DNA of 64,000 nt from the NCBI GenBank assembly GCA_038252255.1, contig JBBSAM010000022.1, positions 2,062-66,061 of the forward strand, written 5' to 3'. Origin of the DNA: Acidimicrobiia bacterium. GTDB taxonomy: Bacteria > Actinomycetota > Acidimicrobiia > IMCC26256 > JAENVU01. The position numbers and the translations under genes were made by a program. Shown here in pieces: positions 42,901-50,642 of the stretch; the stretch's first letter is position 1; the number at the start of each line of letters is the position of its first letter. The notes beneath the pieces were generated by a model that worked only from the letters and a program-made list of their open reading frames with translations, ran no database searches and was not told the DNA's origin.

Positions 42901-43031
42901 TCGAGCCACGGCCCGGGGTCCTTCGTGACGACCACCGCGACGACCGGGGGGACGGCAAGGGGCTCCGACACCTCCCCGGGAGTCTCCGAGTCGCGTATCG
43001 GCCCGTCGGAGGGGGGCGGGGCGCTGTCCAT
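39903..43031 (-). CDS. family 2 glycosyltransferase fused to a roughly 700-aa polytopic membrane domain
   Basis: The GT2 (GT-A) N-terminus reads VAVVVTKDPGPWLEETLESL..LVLDAGS..FCHDDV..GAEDLDLCWR. More than 12 hydrophobic helices follow, then a C-terminal soluble part. Start ATG 43031 is uncertain, and the track ORF reaches 43133. Confidence 0.75.
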   Translation of the reverse strand: MDSAPPPSDGPIRDSETPGEVSEPLAVPPVVAVVVTKDPGPWLEETLESLGASDYPALTVLVLDAGSTVDPTARVAGALPGAFVRRLRQEQGFAAVANDALEVVKGATFLLFCHDDVVLDRSAVRLLVEEGYRSNAAILGPKIVDYDRPEVLLEVGLAIDRLGVPHSGIEPGELDQEQHDAVRDVFFVSSPVMLVRSDLFAELGGFDPHTFPGAEDLDLCWRARIAGARVLVVPDARVRHRREDTMHDQSQAVSPAAAQRSRLRALLKSASGWSLLYLVPIALFLAVVEVIAFLVTRRRDRASALIGAWTWNLRNLRELRKSRRAAQALRRVPDVDLRSLQVRGSARVSGYLVGSLRAEDRMRSLSERSRSAAGNASTRLRGPAAIAALVFAFLLLVGSRSLILGRVAVVGQLPRWPGVSGLLASFTSAWRYVDLGSATQAPTQLGVFSVLGTLTLGATGLARTIVVVGALPFGVFGAWRLARRITGPGSAAVVSALAYGINPLPRNALAAGRFGALVLYALLPFIVSGLLRLGGYLPDSPVRRWWRTVIVTSALVALTTAAWPPALLLPIVVALALALAQLIAKGAGSLGRLWKATLAVTGVGLVLLLPWPLVYLRAGDRLAALGFAFRNDLDFSQVLRFQTGPNGAGAGGWVIAGAALLVLVLASGPRLVWATRAWVLALLSIAFVWVPARFYPDSLMPAVEGLLVPAALGISLAVGLGVAAFIEDVRRFHFGWRQVAAVGGAIALSFPILAFAVDATGGRWHMPASDWNQNLSWMRSEDASGQFRVLWLGNPQVLPVDPIVHGDVGYGITNDGPGDVRTSLPPPSAGAATRVGAAVDLLRERASNRVGALLGPMGVRYLAVPERPGPGIERTEPAPAALLVALTEQLDLVRLEGPPGMAIYENRAWIPGAAVLPKAAITSAVADPLGPLSASAVAKPVLEGTPVRRGSILWSQSYDSAWKATSGAATLPHRRVFGWANGYDLERRGTVSFAYTNQWLRYPLVVLELVLIVGAWLLWRGSARFNWRRRRPARADSETGNP

Positions 43032-43117
43032 GGGCCGGACCAGGCTACTGCCGGCCCCCCGTCCGAGCCCGGCACGGTGACTGCCGTCACCCGGGGCCCG
43101 GTCTCCGGGCGCGCTGC

Positions 43118-43146
43118 TTGCAGAAGTTAGCACTCTGCGTTATGCT
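43118..43146 (+). promoter_or_regulatory. sigma-70/SigA-like promoter candidate in an AT-richer island
   Basis: TTGCAG (43118-43123), a 17-nt spacer, then TATGCT (43141-43146). It lies about 75 nt upstream of ATG 43223, in the divergent intergenic region between the GT2 gene and the 11-mer repeat protein gene. Confidence 0.35.
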
Positions 43147-43222
43147 GCATGCACTGGCGCGGCGGGACCGCGGCGCCGTCCGATCCAACCGCTTGGCCCC
43201 CAGGAAAGCGAGTGCACCTCCC

Positions 43223-43864
43223 ATGGACGTCAACCTCCGCAAGACCGCCACGGACACGGCCTACATCGTCGTCGGGGTCGGTGTGCTCGGCTTCCAGCAG
43301 GCCCAGTTGCGCCGGCGCGACGCCATTGCCCGCGCCGCCACCCTGCGCCGCGACGCTCGCGGCACCCTCAAGCAGCAGAGCGACAACATCAGGACCCGCG
43401 CCGAGGGCTGCGCGGCGAACCTCGCCAACCTCGGGACCAGCATCGGCTCCACCGTCGGTGACACGGTGAGCGGGACCGTCACCAACACGGTCGAGGCCGT
43501 CGGCTCCCAGGTGAAGTCGGGTGTGGACCTCGTCGGGTCGCAGGTCAAGGCCGGCGCCGGCGCGGTGAGCTCGCAGGTCAAGGCCGGCACCGACGCCGTC
43601 ACCACCCAGGTGAAGGCCGGTGCCGATCGCATGGGCACCGCGGACCCGCGGGTGTGGGTCGACCCGGTGGTCGGCGACATCCGCCTGCGCGTCGAGCCCG
43701 TCGTCGAGCAGCTCCGCACGATCGCACTGCCGGGCACCGTCTCCGCGCTACCCGATCAGGTCTCGAAGGTCATCGAGGTCGGACGCAACCGGGTCCAGGG
43801 TCGGTTCGGCGGCGGGAGCGAAGGCACCATCCCCGCCCGGACCGCCGCGAACGGCAGCGCCTGA
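43223..43864 (+). CDS. protein with N-terminal hydrophobic segment and 11-residue amphipathic repeats (apolipoprotein/LEA-like)
   Basis: It begins MDVNLRKTATDTAYIVVGVGVLGF.. and then carries GSQVKSGVDLV / GSQVKAGAGAV / SSQVKAGTDAV / TTQVKAGADRM. ATG is at 43223. Confidence 0.6.
   Translation: MDVNLRKTATDTAYIVVGVGVLGFQQAQLRRRDAIARAATLRRDARGTLKQQSDNIRTRAEGCAANLANLGTSIGSTVGDTVSGTVTNTVEAVGSQVKSGVDLVGSQVKAGAGAVSSQVKAGTDAVTTQVKAGADRMGTADPRVWVDPVVGDIRLRVEPVVEQLRTIALPGTVSALPDQVSKVIEVGRNRVQGRFGGGSEGTIPARTAANGSA
43502..43633 (+). repeat. 4 x 33-bp in-frame tandem repeat
   Basis: Units start at 43502, 43535, 43568 and 43601, and each encodes x-S/T-Q-V-K-A/S-G-x-x-x-V. An (x-T-V-x)n tract at 43441-43500 precedes them. 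Confidence 0.8.
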
Positions 43865-43911
43865 AGCAACCCCTCGGGCGCGGTGTCCCCCCGCCGCGTC
43901 ACGAGCGTTGT

Positions 43912-43943
43912 GATGACATCCCCTCCCCGGAGGGGATGTCATC
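43912..43943 (+). terminator. perfect 15-nt inverted repeat (effective 13-bp stem) downstream of the 11-mer repeat gene
   Basis: GATGACATCCCCTCC (43912-43926), CC, GGAGGGGATGTCATC (43929-43943). It lies 48 nt after stop 43864 and just upstream of the cofD start. No U-tract is present. Confidence 0.45.
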
Positions 43944-43968
43944 GCGCGCGAGGGCATACGCTCGGGAG

Positions 43969-44907
43969 ATGCTGGTAGCGCTCGCAGGTGGAGTCGGGGC
44001 CGCCCGCTTCTTGCGCGGCCTCGTGCGGGTTGTCCCGCCGAGCGAGGTGACCGTCGTCGTGAACACGGCGGATGACGACGCGTTCCACGGTCTCTGGGTG
44101 TGTCCCGATCTCGACACCGTCACGTACACGCTCGCAGGCGCCGAGCACCCCGAGCAGGGCTGGGGGCTCGCGGGCGAGACGTTCGGCGTCATGGACGCCC
44201 TCGACCGCTACGGGCAGGACACCTGGTTCCGCCTCGGCGACCGCGATCTCGCCACGCACCTGTACCGCACCGAACGGCTCGCGGCGGGCGCGACGTTGAC
44301 GGAGGTCGCGACCGAGATCGCGGCCGCGTGGGGTGTCGTGCCCCGCCTGCTCCCGATGTCGGACGACCGGGTGGCGACCCGCGTCACCGTGTCCCGAGAA
44401 GGAGGGCGTCGCGAGGTGCTCGCGATGCAGGAGTGGTTCGTCCGCGAGCGGGCCGCCTCTGCGGTCGTCGCGGTGGACTTCGACGGTGCCGAGTCCTCAC
44501 GCCCGGCCCCGGGCGTGCTCGAGGCCCTCGACACGGCCGAAACGGTGCTGGTGTGCCCGTCCAACCCCGTGATATCGATCGGCCCGATCCTCGCAGTGCC
44601 GGGCATCCGTGAGGTGCTGACCCGGCGCCGGGACCGGGTGGTCGGCGTCAGCCCGATCATCGCCGGCGCCCCGGTGAAGGGTCCGGCCGACCGCCTCATG
44701 GGTCCGCTCGGGATCGAGGTCAGCTGCGTCGGCGTCGCGCGCGCGTACGCCGATTTCTGCGGCACCCTCGTGATCGACTCCGGCGACGCGCAGCGCGCTC
44801 GCGAGGTCGAGGCCGCCGGAGTGCGCGCGGTGGTCGCGGACACGCTCATGACGGACGCTCGCGTCGCCGCAGCGCTCGCGCGGCACACACTCGACGCTGT
44901 CGCCTGA
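43969..44907 (+). CDS. cofD: 2-phospho-L-lactate transferase (F420 biosynthesis)
   Basis: MLVALAGGVGAARFLRGL.., NTADD, and WFRLGDRDLATHL.R match the CofD/FbiA signature. ATG 43969 was preferred because ATG 43936 lies inside the hairpin. Confidence 0.85.
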   Translation: MLVALAGGVGAARFLRGLVRVVPPSEVTVVVNTADDDAFHGLWVCPDLDTVTYTLAGAEHPEQGWGLAGETFGVMDALDRYGQDTWFRLGDRDLATHLYRTERLAAGATLTEVATEIAAAWGVVPRLLPMSDDRVATRVTVSREGGRREVLAMQEWFVRERAASAVVAVDFDGAESSRPAPGVLEALDTAETVLVCPSNPVISIGPILAVPGIREVLTRRRDRVVGVSPIIAGAPVKGPADRLMGPLGIEVSCVGVARAYADFCGTLVIDSGDAQRAREVEAAGVRAVVADTLMTDARVAAALARHTLDAVA

Positions 44908-44910
44908 TCG

Positions 44911-45621
44911 GTGAGCGCGCTCACGATCATCCCGATCGCCGGGATCCCCGAGGTACGCCCCGGGGACTCGCTCGGTGAGCTCATCGTTCGCGCCGCGAGC
45001 GCACAGGACACACCGTTGGTCGCGCACGACTGCCTCGTCGTCACCCAGAAGGTCGTGTCGAAGGCGGAGGACCGGCTGGTACCGCTCGACCACGACGATC
45101 TCGCCGCGCGCACCGCGCTGGTCGAGCAGGAGTCGGTGCGCATCATCCGGCGGCGGGGAGACCTCGTCATCAGCGAGACGCGACACGGCTTCGTCTGCGC
45201 GAACGCGGGCGTCGACCTCTCCAACGTCGACCGCGGAGTTGCCGCGCTGCTCCCCCTGGACGCCGATCGCTCCGCGCACCGGATCCGCAACGCCATTCGC
45301 GCCGCCGACGGCATCGAGCTCGCGGTCGTCGTCTCCGACACGTTCGGTCGCGCGTGGCGTCACGGGCTCACCGATGTCGCGATCGGCGTGGCCGGGCTGG
45401 CCGCGGTGGTGGACCTCCGCGGCGAGCGGGACTCACGGGGCCGCGAGCTGCACGTCACCGAGGTGGCGTTGGCCGACGAGGTCGCGGGCGCGGCCGAGCT
45501 CGTCATGGGCAAAGCCGCGGCCGTCCCCGCCGCCATCGTCCGCGGGCTCGAAGCCGAGTGGTTCCGCGACGGCTCGGTGCGCGAGCTCGTCCGCGCGCCC
45601 CGCGACGACCTGTTCCGGTGA
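44911..45621 (+). CDS. cofE: coenzyme F420-0:L-glutamate ligase
   Basis: ..PIAGIPEVRPGDSL.., VVTQKVVSKAEDR, GFVCANAGVD.SN and VVVSDTFGRAWR are CofE motifs. GTG 44911 lies 4 nt after the cofD stop. Confidence 0.8.
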   Translation: MSALTIIPIAGIPEVRPGDSLGELIVRAASAQDTPLVAHDCLVVTQKVVSKAEDRLVPLDHDDLAARTALVEQESVRIIRRRGDLVISETRHGFVCANAGVDLSNVDRGVAALLPLDADRSAHRIRNAIRAADGIELAVVVSDTFGRAWRHGLTDVAIGVAGLAAVVDLRGERDSRGRELHVTEVALADEVAGAAELVMGKAAAVPAAIVRGLEAEWFRDGSVRELVRAPRDDLFR

Positions 45622-45625
45622 GCGC

Positions 45626-46231
45626 GTGAGCCTGCCGGCGTTTCTCGAGGCGCGGCGGTCGATCCGGGCGTTCACCGGCGAGCCGGTGCCCCGCGGCGCG
45701 CTCGACGCACTGGTCGAAGCGGCGTGCGTCGCGCCCGCACCGCATCACTCACGGCCATGGCGCTTCGTGGTGGTCGACTCGAGCTCGGCGAAGCAGGCGC
45801 TCGCCACGGGAATGGGCGACCGTTGGCGGGCGGATCTCGAGGCCGACGGCGTGGAGCCGGAGCGCATCGACGAGCTGGTCGGCGCCTCCCACCGGAAGCT
45901 CGCCGACGCGCCCGCGCTCGTGCTCGGGTGCCTCACCTGGGACGGCCTCGACCGCTATCCGGACGCCACCCGGCAGCGGGCCGAATGGGGCATGGCGCTC
46001 CTGTCGCTCGGTGCCGCGGTCGAGAACCTGATGCTCGCGGCGAGCGCCGATGGGCTGGCGTCCTGCTGGGTCGCGGCGCCGATCTTCTGCCCGGAAGCGG
46101 CGCGGGACGCGCTCGAGCTCCCGGACGAGTGGCTACCGCACGCGCTGGTGCTCCTCGGCCATCCCGATCCGCGCTACGTCGGGCGCGCCCGCCCGCCGAT
46201 CCCGCTCGATCAGCTCCGCCAGTTCCGGTAA
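45626..46231 (+). CDS. nitroreductase-family protein equivalent to the C-terminal domain of mycobacterial FbiB
   Basis: RRSIRAFTGEPVP...L..LVEAA..APAPHHS.PWRF and ..ENLMLAA...GL.SCW. are nitroreductase-fold motifs. GTG 45626 lies 5 nt after the cofE stop. Confidence 0.65.
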   Translation: MSLPAFLEARRSIRAFTGEPVPRGALDALVEAACVAPAPHHSRPWRFVVVDSSSAKQALATGMGDRWRADLEADGVEPERIDELVGASHRKLADAPALVLGCLTWDGLDRYPDATRQRAEWGMALLSLGAAVENLMLAASADGLASCWVAAPIFCPEAARDALELPDEWLPHALVLLGHPDPRYVGRARPPIPLDQLRQFR

Positions 46232-46235
46232 CCGG

Positions 46236-47189
46236 CTACGCGGTGAGGCCGCGCTGGGCCCGGAACCAGTCCAGGGTGCGGCCGACGCCGTCGTCCAGGT
46301 CGGTCCACGGCTTCCATCCGAGATGGATCTCGGCGCGACCCGGGTCGAGCGAGGACCGCGCGACCTCACCCTGACGGGCCGGCGCGTGATTCGGCTCTTC
46401 GGTGAACCCGACCCCGCGCGCGATGGCGTCGTACAGCTCCTGCACGCTGGTCTCGACACCGGTCCCGATGTTGATGATGAGCCCGCCACCTTTGTCGGCC
46501 GCGCGCACGAGCGCATCCACCACATCGTCCACGAACACGAAGTCACGGGTCTGCTTGCCGTCGCCGAAGATGGTGGGGCGGGTCCGGTCGAGCATCAGGC
46601 CGGTGAAGATCGAGACGACGCCGGCCTCGCCGTGCGGGTCCTGGCGCGGTCCGTACACGTTCGCGAAAGCGAGCGCGCTGTACTCGAGGCCGTGGATCTC
46701 CCGGTAGTAGTGCAGGTAGTCCGCGGCCGCCTTCTTGGCCACGCCGTACGGCGACTCCGGTCGCTGCGGGTGCCCTTCCCGGACCGGAAGGTGCTCGGGG
46801 GTCCCGTAGAGCGTGCCGCCGGAGGCGGCGAAGACCACCTTGCTCGTACCCGCGCCGATGGCACCCTGGCAGATGTTGAGGGTGCCGAGGATGTTCACCT
46901 CGGCGTCGAAGACCGGACGCGCGACGCTCACGCGCACGTCGGCCTGCGCGGCGAGGTGGAAGATGACGTCGGGCTTGCGGTGCGTGATGAAGTCGGTGAT
47001 GGCCGGCGACCGGACGTCCAGCCGGTGGAACGAGAACTTGCGGCTCCCGAGCGAGCGAGCGTCGGCCAGGTTGGCGAGCGATCCGGTCGACAGGTCGTCG
47101 ACGACGTCGACCTCCCAGCCCTCGGCGAGCAGCCGGTCAGCGAGCGTGGAACCGATGAACCCGGCTCCGCCAGTTACGAGCGCCTTCAC
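46236..47189 (-). CDS. NAD-dependent sugar-nucleotide epimerase (UDP-glucose 4-epimerase family)
   Basis: VKALVTGGAGFIGS, catalytic Y-x3-K (YGVAKK), and SDR-extended length. GTG 47189 is preceded by AGGAGAG. The 84-codon extension was rejected. Confidence 0.75.
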   Translation of the reverse strand: MKALVTGGAGFIGSTLADRLLAEGWEVDVVDDLSTGSLANLADARSLGSRKFSFHRLDVRSPAITDFITHRKPDVIFHLAAQADVRVSVARPVFDAEVNILGTLNICQGAIGAGTSKVVFAASGGTLYGTPEHLPVREGHPQRPESPYGVAKKAAADYLHYYREIHGLEYSALAFANVYGPRQDPHGEAGVVSIFTGLMLDRTRPTIFGDGKQTRDFVFVDDVVDALVRAADKGGGLIINIGTGVETSVQELYDAIARGVGFTEEPNHAPARQGEVARSSLDPGRAEIHLGWKPWTDLDDGVGRTLDWFRAQRGLTA

Positions 47190-47197
47190 ATTCTCTC

Positions 47198-48193
47198 CTA
47201 CGCGCAGGGCAGTACGGCGTCGGGACCGACCACGACATCGGCCACCGAGGTGCCGGCGGCGATCGAGCCGCCGGGCAACAGGACTGAGCGGAGAACCGTA
47301 GCGTCCTTCCCCACGACCGTCCCGGGTCCGAGCACGGAGGCCTCGACCCGCGCGCCGGCTTCGATGCGGGCTTCCCGACCGATGACCGAAGGCCCGACGA
47401 CGGTCGCGCCGGCGTCGATCTGCGCCCCGGGCTGGGTCCACACGCCCGGGCTGTGCTCGGTGGCATCGGGGGCCGGCGGTGTGCCGAGGCGGCCCGACGC
47501 GACGTCGATCTGCGCTTCGAGATACTTCCCGGGTGTCCCGATGTCGAGCCAGTACGCGTCGGACTGCATCGCGTAGAGCTGGCCGGGCGCGTCGAGCATG
47601 CGCGGGAACGTCTCCCGCTCGATCGACACCGTGAAGCGCGGCGGGATGCGGTCGAACACCTCTGGTTCGAGCACGTACGTCCCGGCGTTGATCCAGCTCG
47701 TCGGGGCCTGCCCGCGCGGCGGCTTCTCGACGAACGCGACCACCTCGCCGTCGTCTCTCGTGGGGACTACGCCGAAGGCCGAAGGGTCTCCGACGCGAGT
47801 GAGCGCAATCGTCGCTTGGGCGCCTCGTTCGGCGTGGAAGCGCAACAGCTGGTCCAGATCGAGATCGGTCAGCACGTCGCCGTTGCAGACGAGCACGCGC
47901 TCGTCGATGCCCTCGGCCGCGAAGCGGATGCCACCGGCCGTGCCGAGCGGCTCGTGCTCGACGACGAAGCGGAGCTTGATGTCGCCGAACATGTCATCGG
48001 GGAAGTGCTGCGTGAACGCGTCGGGGAGATAGCCGAGCGACAGCACGACCTCGTCCACGCCGTGCGCACCCAGCCAGGTGAGCTGACGCTCGATGAAGGG
48101 GACGTTGGCGATCGGCAGGAGCGGCTTCGGCGTCGTGAGCGTGAGGGGACGGAGACGAGTGCCTTCGCCCCCGACGAGCACGACCGCTTTCAT
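47198..48193 (-). CDS. manC: mannose-1-phosphate guanylyltransferase-like NDP-sugar pyrophosphorylase with C-terminal left-handed beta-helix
   Basis: MKAVVLVGGEGTRLRPLT..PKPLLP, plus hexapeptide repeats at the C-terminus. This is the mycobacterial Rv3264c-like position next to cofD/cofE. ATG 48193 overlaps the upstream stop (ATGA). Confidence 0.75.
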   Translation of the reverse strand: MKAVVLVGGEGTRLRPLTLTTPKPLLPIANVPFIERQLTWLGAHGVDEVVLSLGYLPDAFTQHFPDDMFGDIKLRFVVEHEPLGTAGGIRFAAEGIDERVLVCNGDVLTDLDLDQLLRFHAERGAQATIALTRVGDPSAFGVVPTRDDGEVVAFVEKPPRGQAPTSWINAGTYVLEPEVFDRIPPRFTVSIERETFPRMLDAPGQLYAMQSDAYWLDIGTPGKYLEAQIDVASGRLGTPPAPDATEHSPGVWTQPGAQIDAGATVVGPSVIGREARIEAGARVEASVLGPGTVVGKDATVLRSVLLPGGSIAAGTSVADVVVGPDAVLPCA

Positions 48194-48969
48194 GGGGCGG
48201 TCGTCGTGCCTGACGGCAGGGTCGTCGTGCTGTCGGTCGCGCCGGTGGCCCCCGTCGCACCCGTCGCACCCGGGATGGTCGTGGTGGTGACGCCGGTGGC
48301 CGGCTGACCGCCGAGGTCCTCGATGTTCGCCAGGGCCGACTCGGCGGCCGGCGGCTCGGGGAGCGGCTGGCCCTTCGGGAGGAAGTAGATCGCCACGATG
48401 TCGCCGTTCTTCGGGTGGTAGTCGGCCGGGTTGCCGGTGCGGGCCTTCCCCGTCCACGCCTTGCCCTGGTGGCCGATGACCCACTGGACGTCTGCGGTCT
48501 TGGCGGCCGAGCCCTTGCCGCACTTCTGGCCGTTCGAGTGCTCGAGCCCGTCCCACGCCTTGATCGACGAGTCGGAGAGGTTCCAGCCACCGTAGGAGAA
48601 GAACCGGCCGACCGTCGCCTCCTTCCCCGCTTCGTCACTCGAGAAGGGGTGGATGTGCATGAGGCCGTCGCCGTGCGAGTGGAGGCCCGCCCGGACACCG
48701 GGCTCGTTCGCCCGGGGCTCGAACGACGGGGCGTTGGGCAGCCAGGTGCCGCACACGTTCACGCCGAGAAAGGCGTGCCAGTGCATGCCGACCGTCGGCG
48801 CGGCATCGGCCTTCTGGTCGTTGCCCATCTTCGTGACGACGACGAGCAGCACGCCGATCAGCACCACCGCGACGGTCATCACGGTCCACACCATCGAGCC
48901 GCTGCGTCGCTTCGGGCGCCGGACTCGCGACCGGATCCGGGCGCGGTTGTACTTGCTCGCTTTGGCCAT
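48190..48969 (-). CDS. membrane-anchored extracytoplasmic protein with paired His motifs and Thr/Gly/Ala-rich tail; function unknown
   Basis: It has a basic N-terminus and one TM (MVWTVMTVAVVLIGVLLVVV), the His motifs MHWHAFLGVNVCG and GLHSHGDGLMHIHPF, and a C-terminal ..PGATGATGATGATDSTTTLPSGTTTAP. Confidence 0.6.
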   Translation of the reverse strand: MAKASKYNRARIRSRVRRPKRRSGSMVWTVMTVAVVLIGVLLVVVTKMGNDQKADAAPTVGMHWHAFLGVNVCGTWLPNAPSFEPRANEPGVRAGLHSHGDGLMHIHPFSSDEAGKEATVGRFFSYGGWNLSDSSIKAWDGLEHSNGQKCGKGSAAKTADVQWVIGHQGKAWTGKARTGNPADYHPKNGDIVAIYFLPKGQPLPEPPAAESALANIEDLGGQPATGVTTTTIPGATGATGATGATDSTTTLPSGTTTAP

Positions 48970-48982
48970 GACGGGGGCCAGG

Positions 48983-49885
48983 TTACTCGGTCACTACCGG
49001 AGATTCGGGCCGCGTGCGGGTTGCCGCGAGGGTCCCCACGACCAGGCCGCGAGCGGCCAGAAAGACCCCGACCAGGGGGAGGAGCAGCCGTCGCGGGCCG
49101 TGCCACCACTTCGACGCATACCGGTACGCGGCGAAGTGATGGTCGAGAATCGACCGCATGGGCCGCCGAGCCCGGCTCGCGCCGACCGCATGGACCACGT
49201 GGCCACTGGGCTCGTAGGCGATCTGCCAGCCGGCGGCCCCGAGCCGCCGGCACAGGTCCACGTCTTCGAAGAACAGGAAGAACCGTTCGTCCCAGCCGCC
49301 CACCCGATCGAGCGCCTCGCGGCGGAACCAGACCGCCGCGCCCGAGATCCATTCGACGGTGCGCGGGACGTCCGGGTCGGCGTCGAGCTGGCGGTACGAG
49401 CGCGTGAATCGGTTGCCCGGCGCGACGACTCCCAGCAGGGCGTGGCCGATCGCGTCACCGAGTGACGGCGCCGAGCGGGCCGACGGGTAGCGCGTGCCGT
49501 CCGGGTTCTGCAGCTGCGGCCCCACCGCGCCGAGCCGCCCTTCGAGGTCGAACCGACCCAGGAGCGCACCGGCCGTGCCCGGCTCGATCTCGGCGTCGGG
49601 GTTCAGCACCGCGACGATCGGCGCACGCGTTGCGGCCGCCCCGAGATTCGCGGCTCGGCCATAGCCGAGGTTCGCGCCCGGCCGGATGACCGTCACCTCG
49701 GGGAACGCGGCCTGGAGCTCGGCAACCGACCCGTCGGCCGATCCGTTGTCGACCACGACCACCTCGGGCGAGCCACCGGCCGAGTCGTCGGCGAGCAGCG
49801 AGTCCACGCACGCGGTGAGCGACGGCCCGGCCTCGTAGTTGACGACGACCGCGGCCCACGCCGGACTCGCTTCTCCCGAAGACAC
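48983..49885 (-). CDS. family 2 glycosyltransferase (WbbL/rhamnosyltransferase-like)
   Basis: AAVVVNYEAG..L..C..SL, VVDNGSADGS, NLGYGRAAN, and FFEDVDLCRR (DxD-type). GTG 49885 lies 7 nt after the upstream stop. Confidence 0.75.
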   Translation of the reverse strand: MSSGEASPAWAAVVVNYEAGPSLTACVDSLLADDSAGGSPEVVVVDNGSADGSVAELQAAFPEVTVIRPGANLGYGRAANLGAAATRAPIVAVLNPDAEIEPGTAGALLGRFDLEGRLGAVGPQLQNPDGTRYPSARSAPSLGDAIGHALLGVVAPGNRFTRSYRQLDADPDVPRTVEWISGAAVWFRREALDRVGGWDERFFLFFEDVDLCRRLGAAGWQIAYEPSGHVVHAVGASRARRPMRSILDHHFAAYRYASKWWHGPRRLLLPLVGVFLAARGLVVGTLAATRTRPESPVVTE

Positions 49886-49892
49886 GCGCGAC

Positions 49893-50642
49893 CTACTTGA
49901 CGATTCGGTACTTGACGAGCGCGAACATCGCGGCGAACCCGTCACGCCAGGTGATCTTCTTGCCTTCGTCGAACTCGCGACCTGCGTAGGAGATCGGCAC
50001 CTCGTAGATGCGGATGCCCTGGCGCAACACCTTGGCCGTGATCTCGGGCTCGAAGTCGAAGCGGTCGGAGCGCACCTTGATCCCGCGCAGCACCTCGCGG
50101 TCGAAGAGCTTGTAACACGTCTCCATGTCCGAGAGCGTCGTGTTGTAGAGCAGGTTGGTGGTGAGCGACAGCATCTTGTTGCCGACCCAGTGCAGGTAGA
50201 GCATGTTGCGGCGCTCACCGGTGATCCGGGACCCGTAGACCACCTTCGCCCGGCCCTTCAGCATCGGCGCGATGAGCCGCGGCCAGTCCTCCGGGTCGTA
50301 CTCGAGGTCCGCGTCCTGGATGAGCACCAGGTCGCCGGTGACGTGCTCGAGCCCGGTGCGGATCGCCGCGCCCTTGCCACGGTTCTCGGCGTGCGTGATG
50401 ACCTTGACGGTGCTGTCACCGAGCTGGGTGAGCACCGAGTGGGTGCCGTCGTCGCTCCCGTCGTCCACGACGATGAACTCGCGGTCGAGCGGCAGCTCGA
50501 CCAGCCGCATGCGCCGCAGGATCTCGACGACGGTGTTCCGCTCGTTGAACACGGGCACGATGACCGAGAGCTTCCGGTACGGAACCGGATCATGCGGTCC
50601 GCGCACCGGAGAGGTGTTGCCTTCTGTGCCGCTCGCCGTCAC
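49893..50642 (-). CDS. family 2 glycosyltransferase, polyprenol-phosphate sugar synthase-like (Dpm1/GtrB type)
   Basis: [37 protein letters not shown] and [11 protein letters not shown] 50642 overlaps the uxs stop (GTGA). Confidence 0.75.
   Translation of the reverse strand: MTASGTEGNTSPVRGPHDPVPYRKLSVIVPVFNERNTVVEILRRMRLVELPLDREFIVVDDGSDDGTHSVLTQLGDSTVKVITHAENRGKGAAIRTGLEHVTGDLVLIQDADLEYDPEDWPRLIAPMLKGRAKVVYGSRITGERRNMLYLHWVGNKMLSLTTNLLYNTTLSDMETCYKLFDREVLRGIKVRSDRFDFEPEITAKVLRQGIRIYEVPISYAGREFDEGKKITWRDGFAAMFALVKYRIVK

Noticed and set aside
48237-48275. Short 9-bp tandem repeats (encoding GAT GAT GAT GAT), considered as a possible CRISPR-like or VNTR feature.
   Set aside because: There are only about three to four in-frame units inside a coding Thr/Gly/Ala-rich tail, with no spacers. 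I treat this as low-complexity coding sequence and note it under the gene instead.
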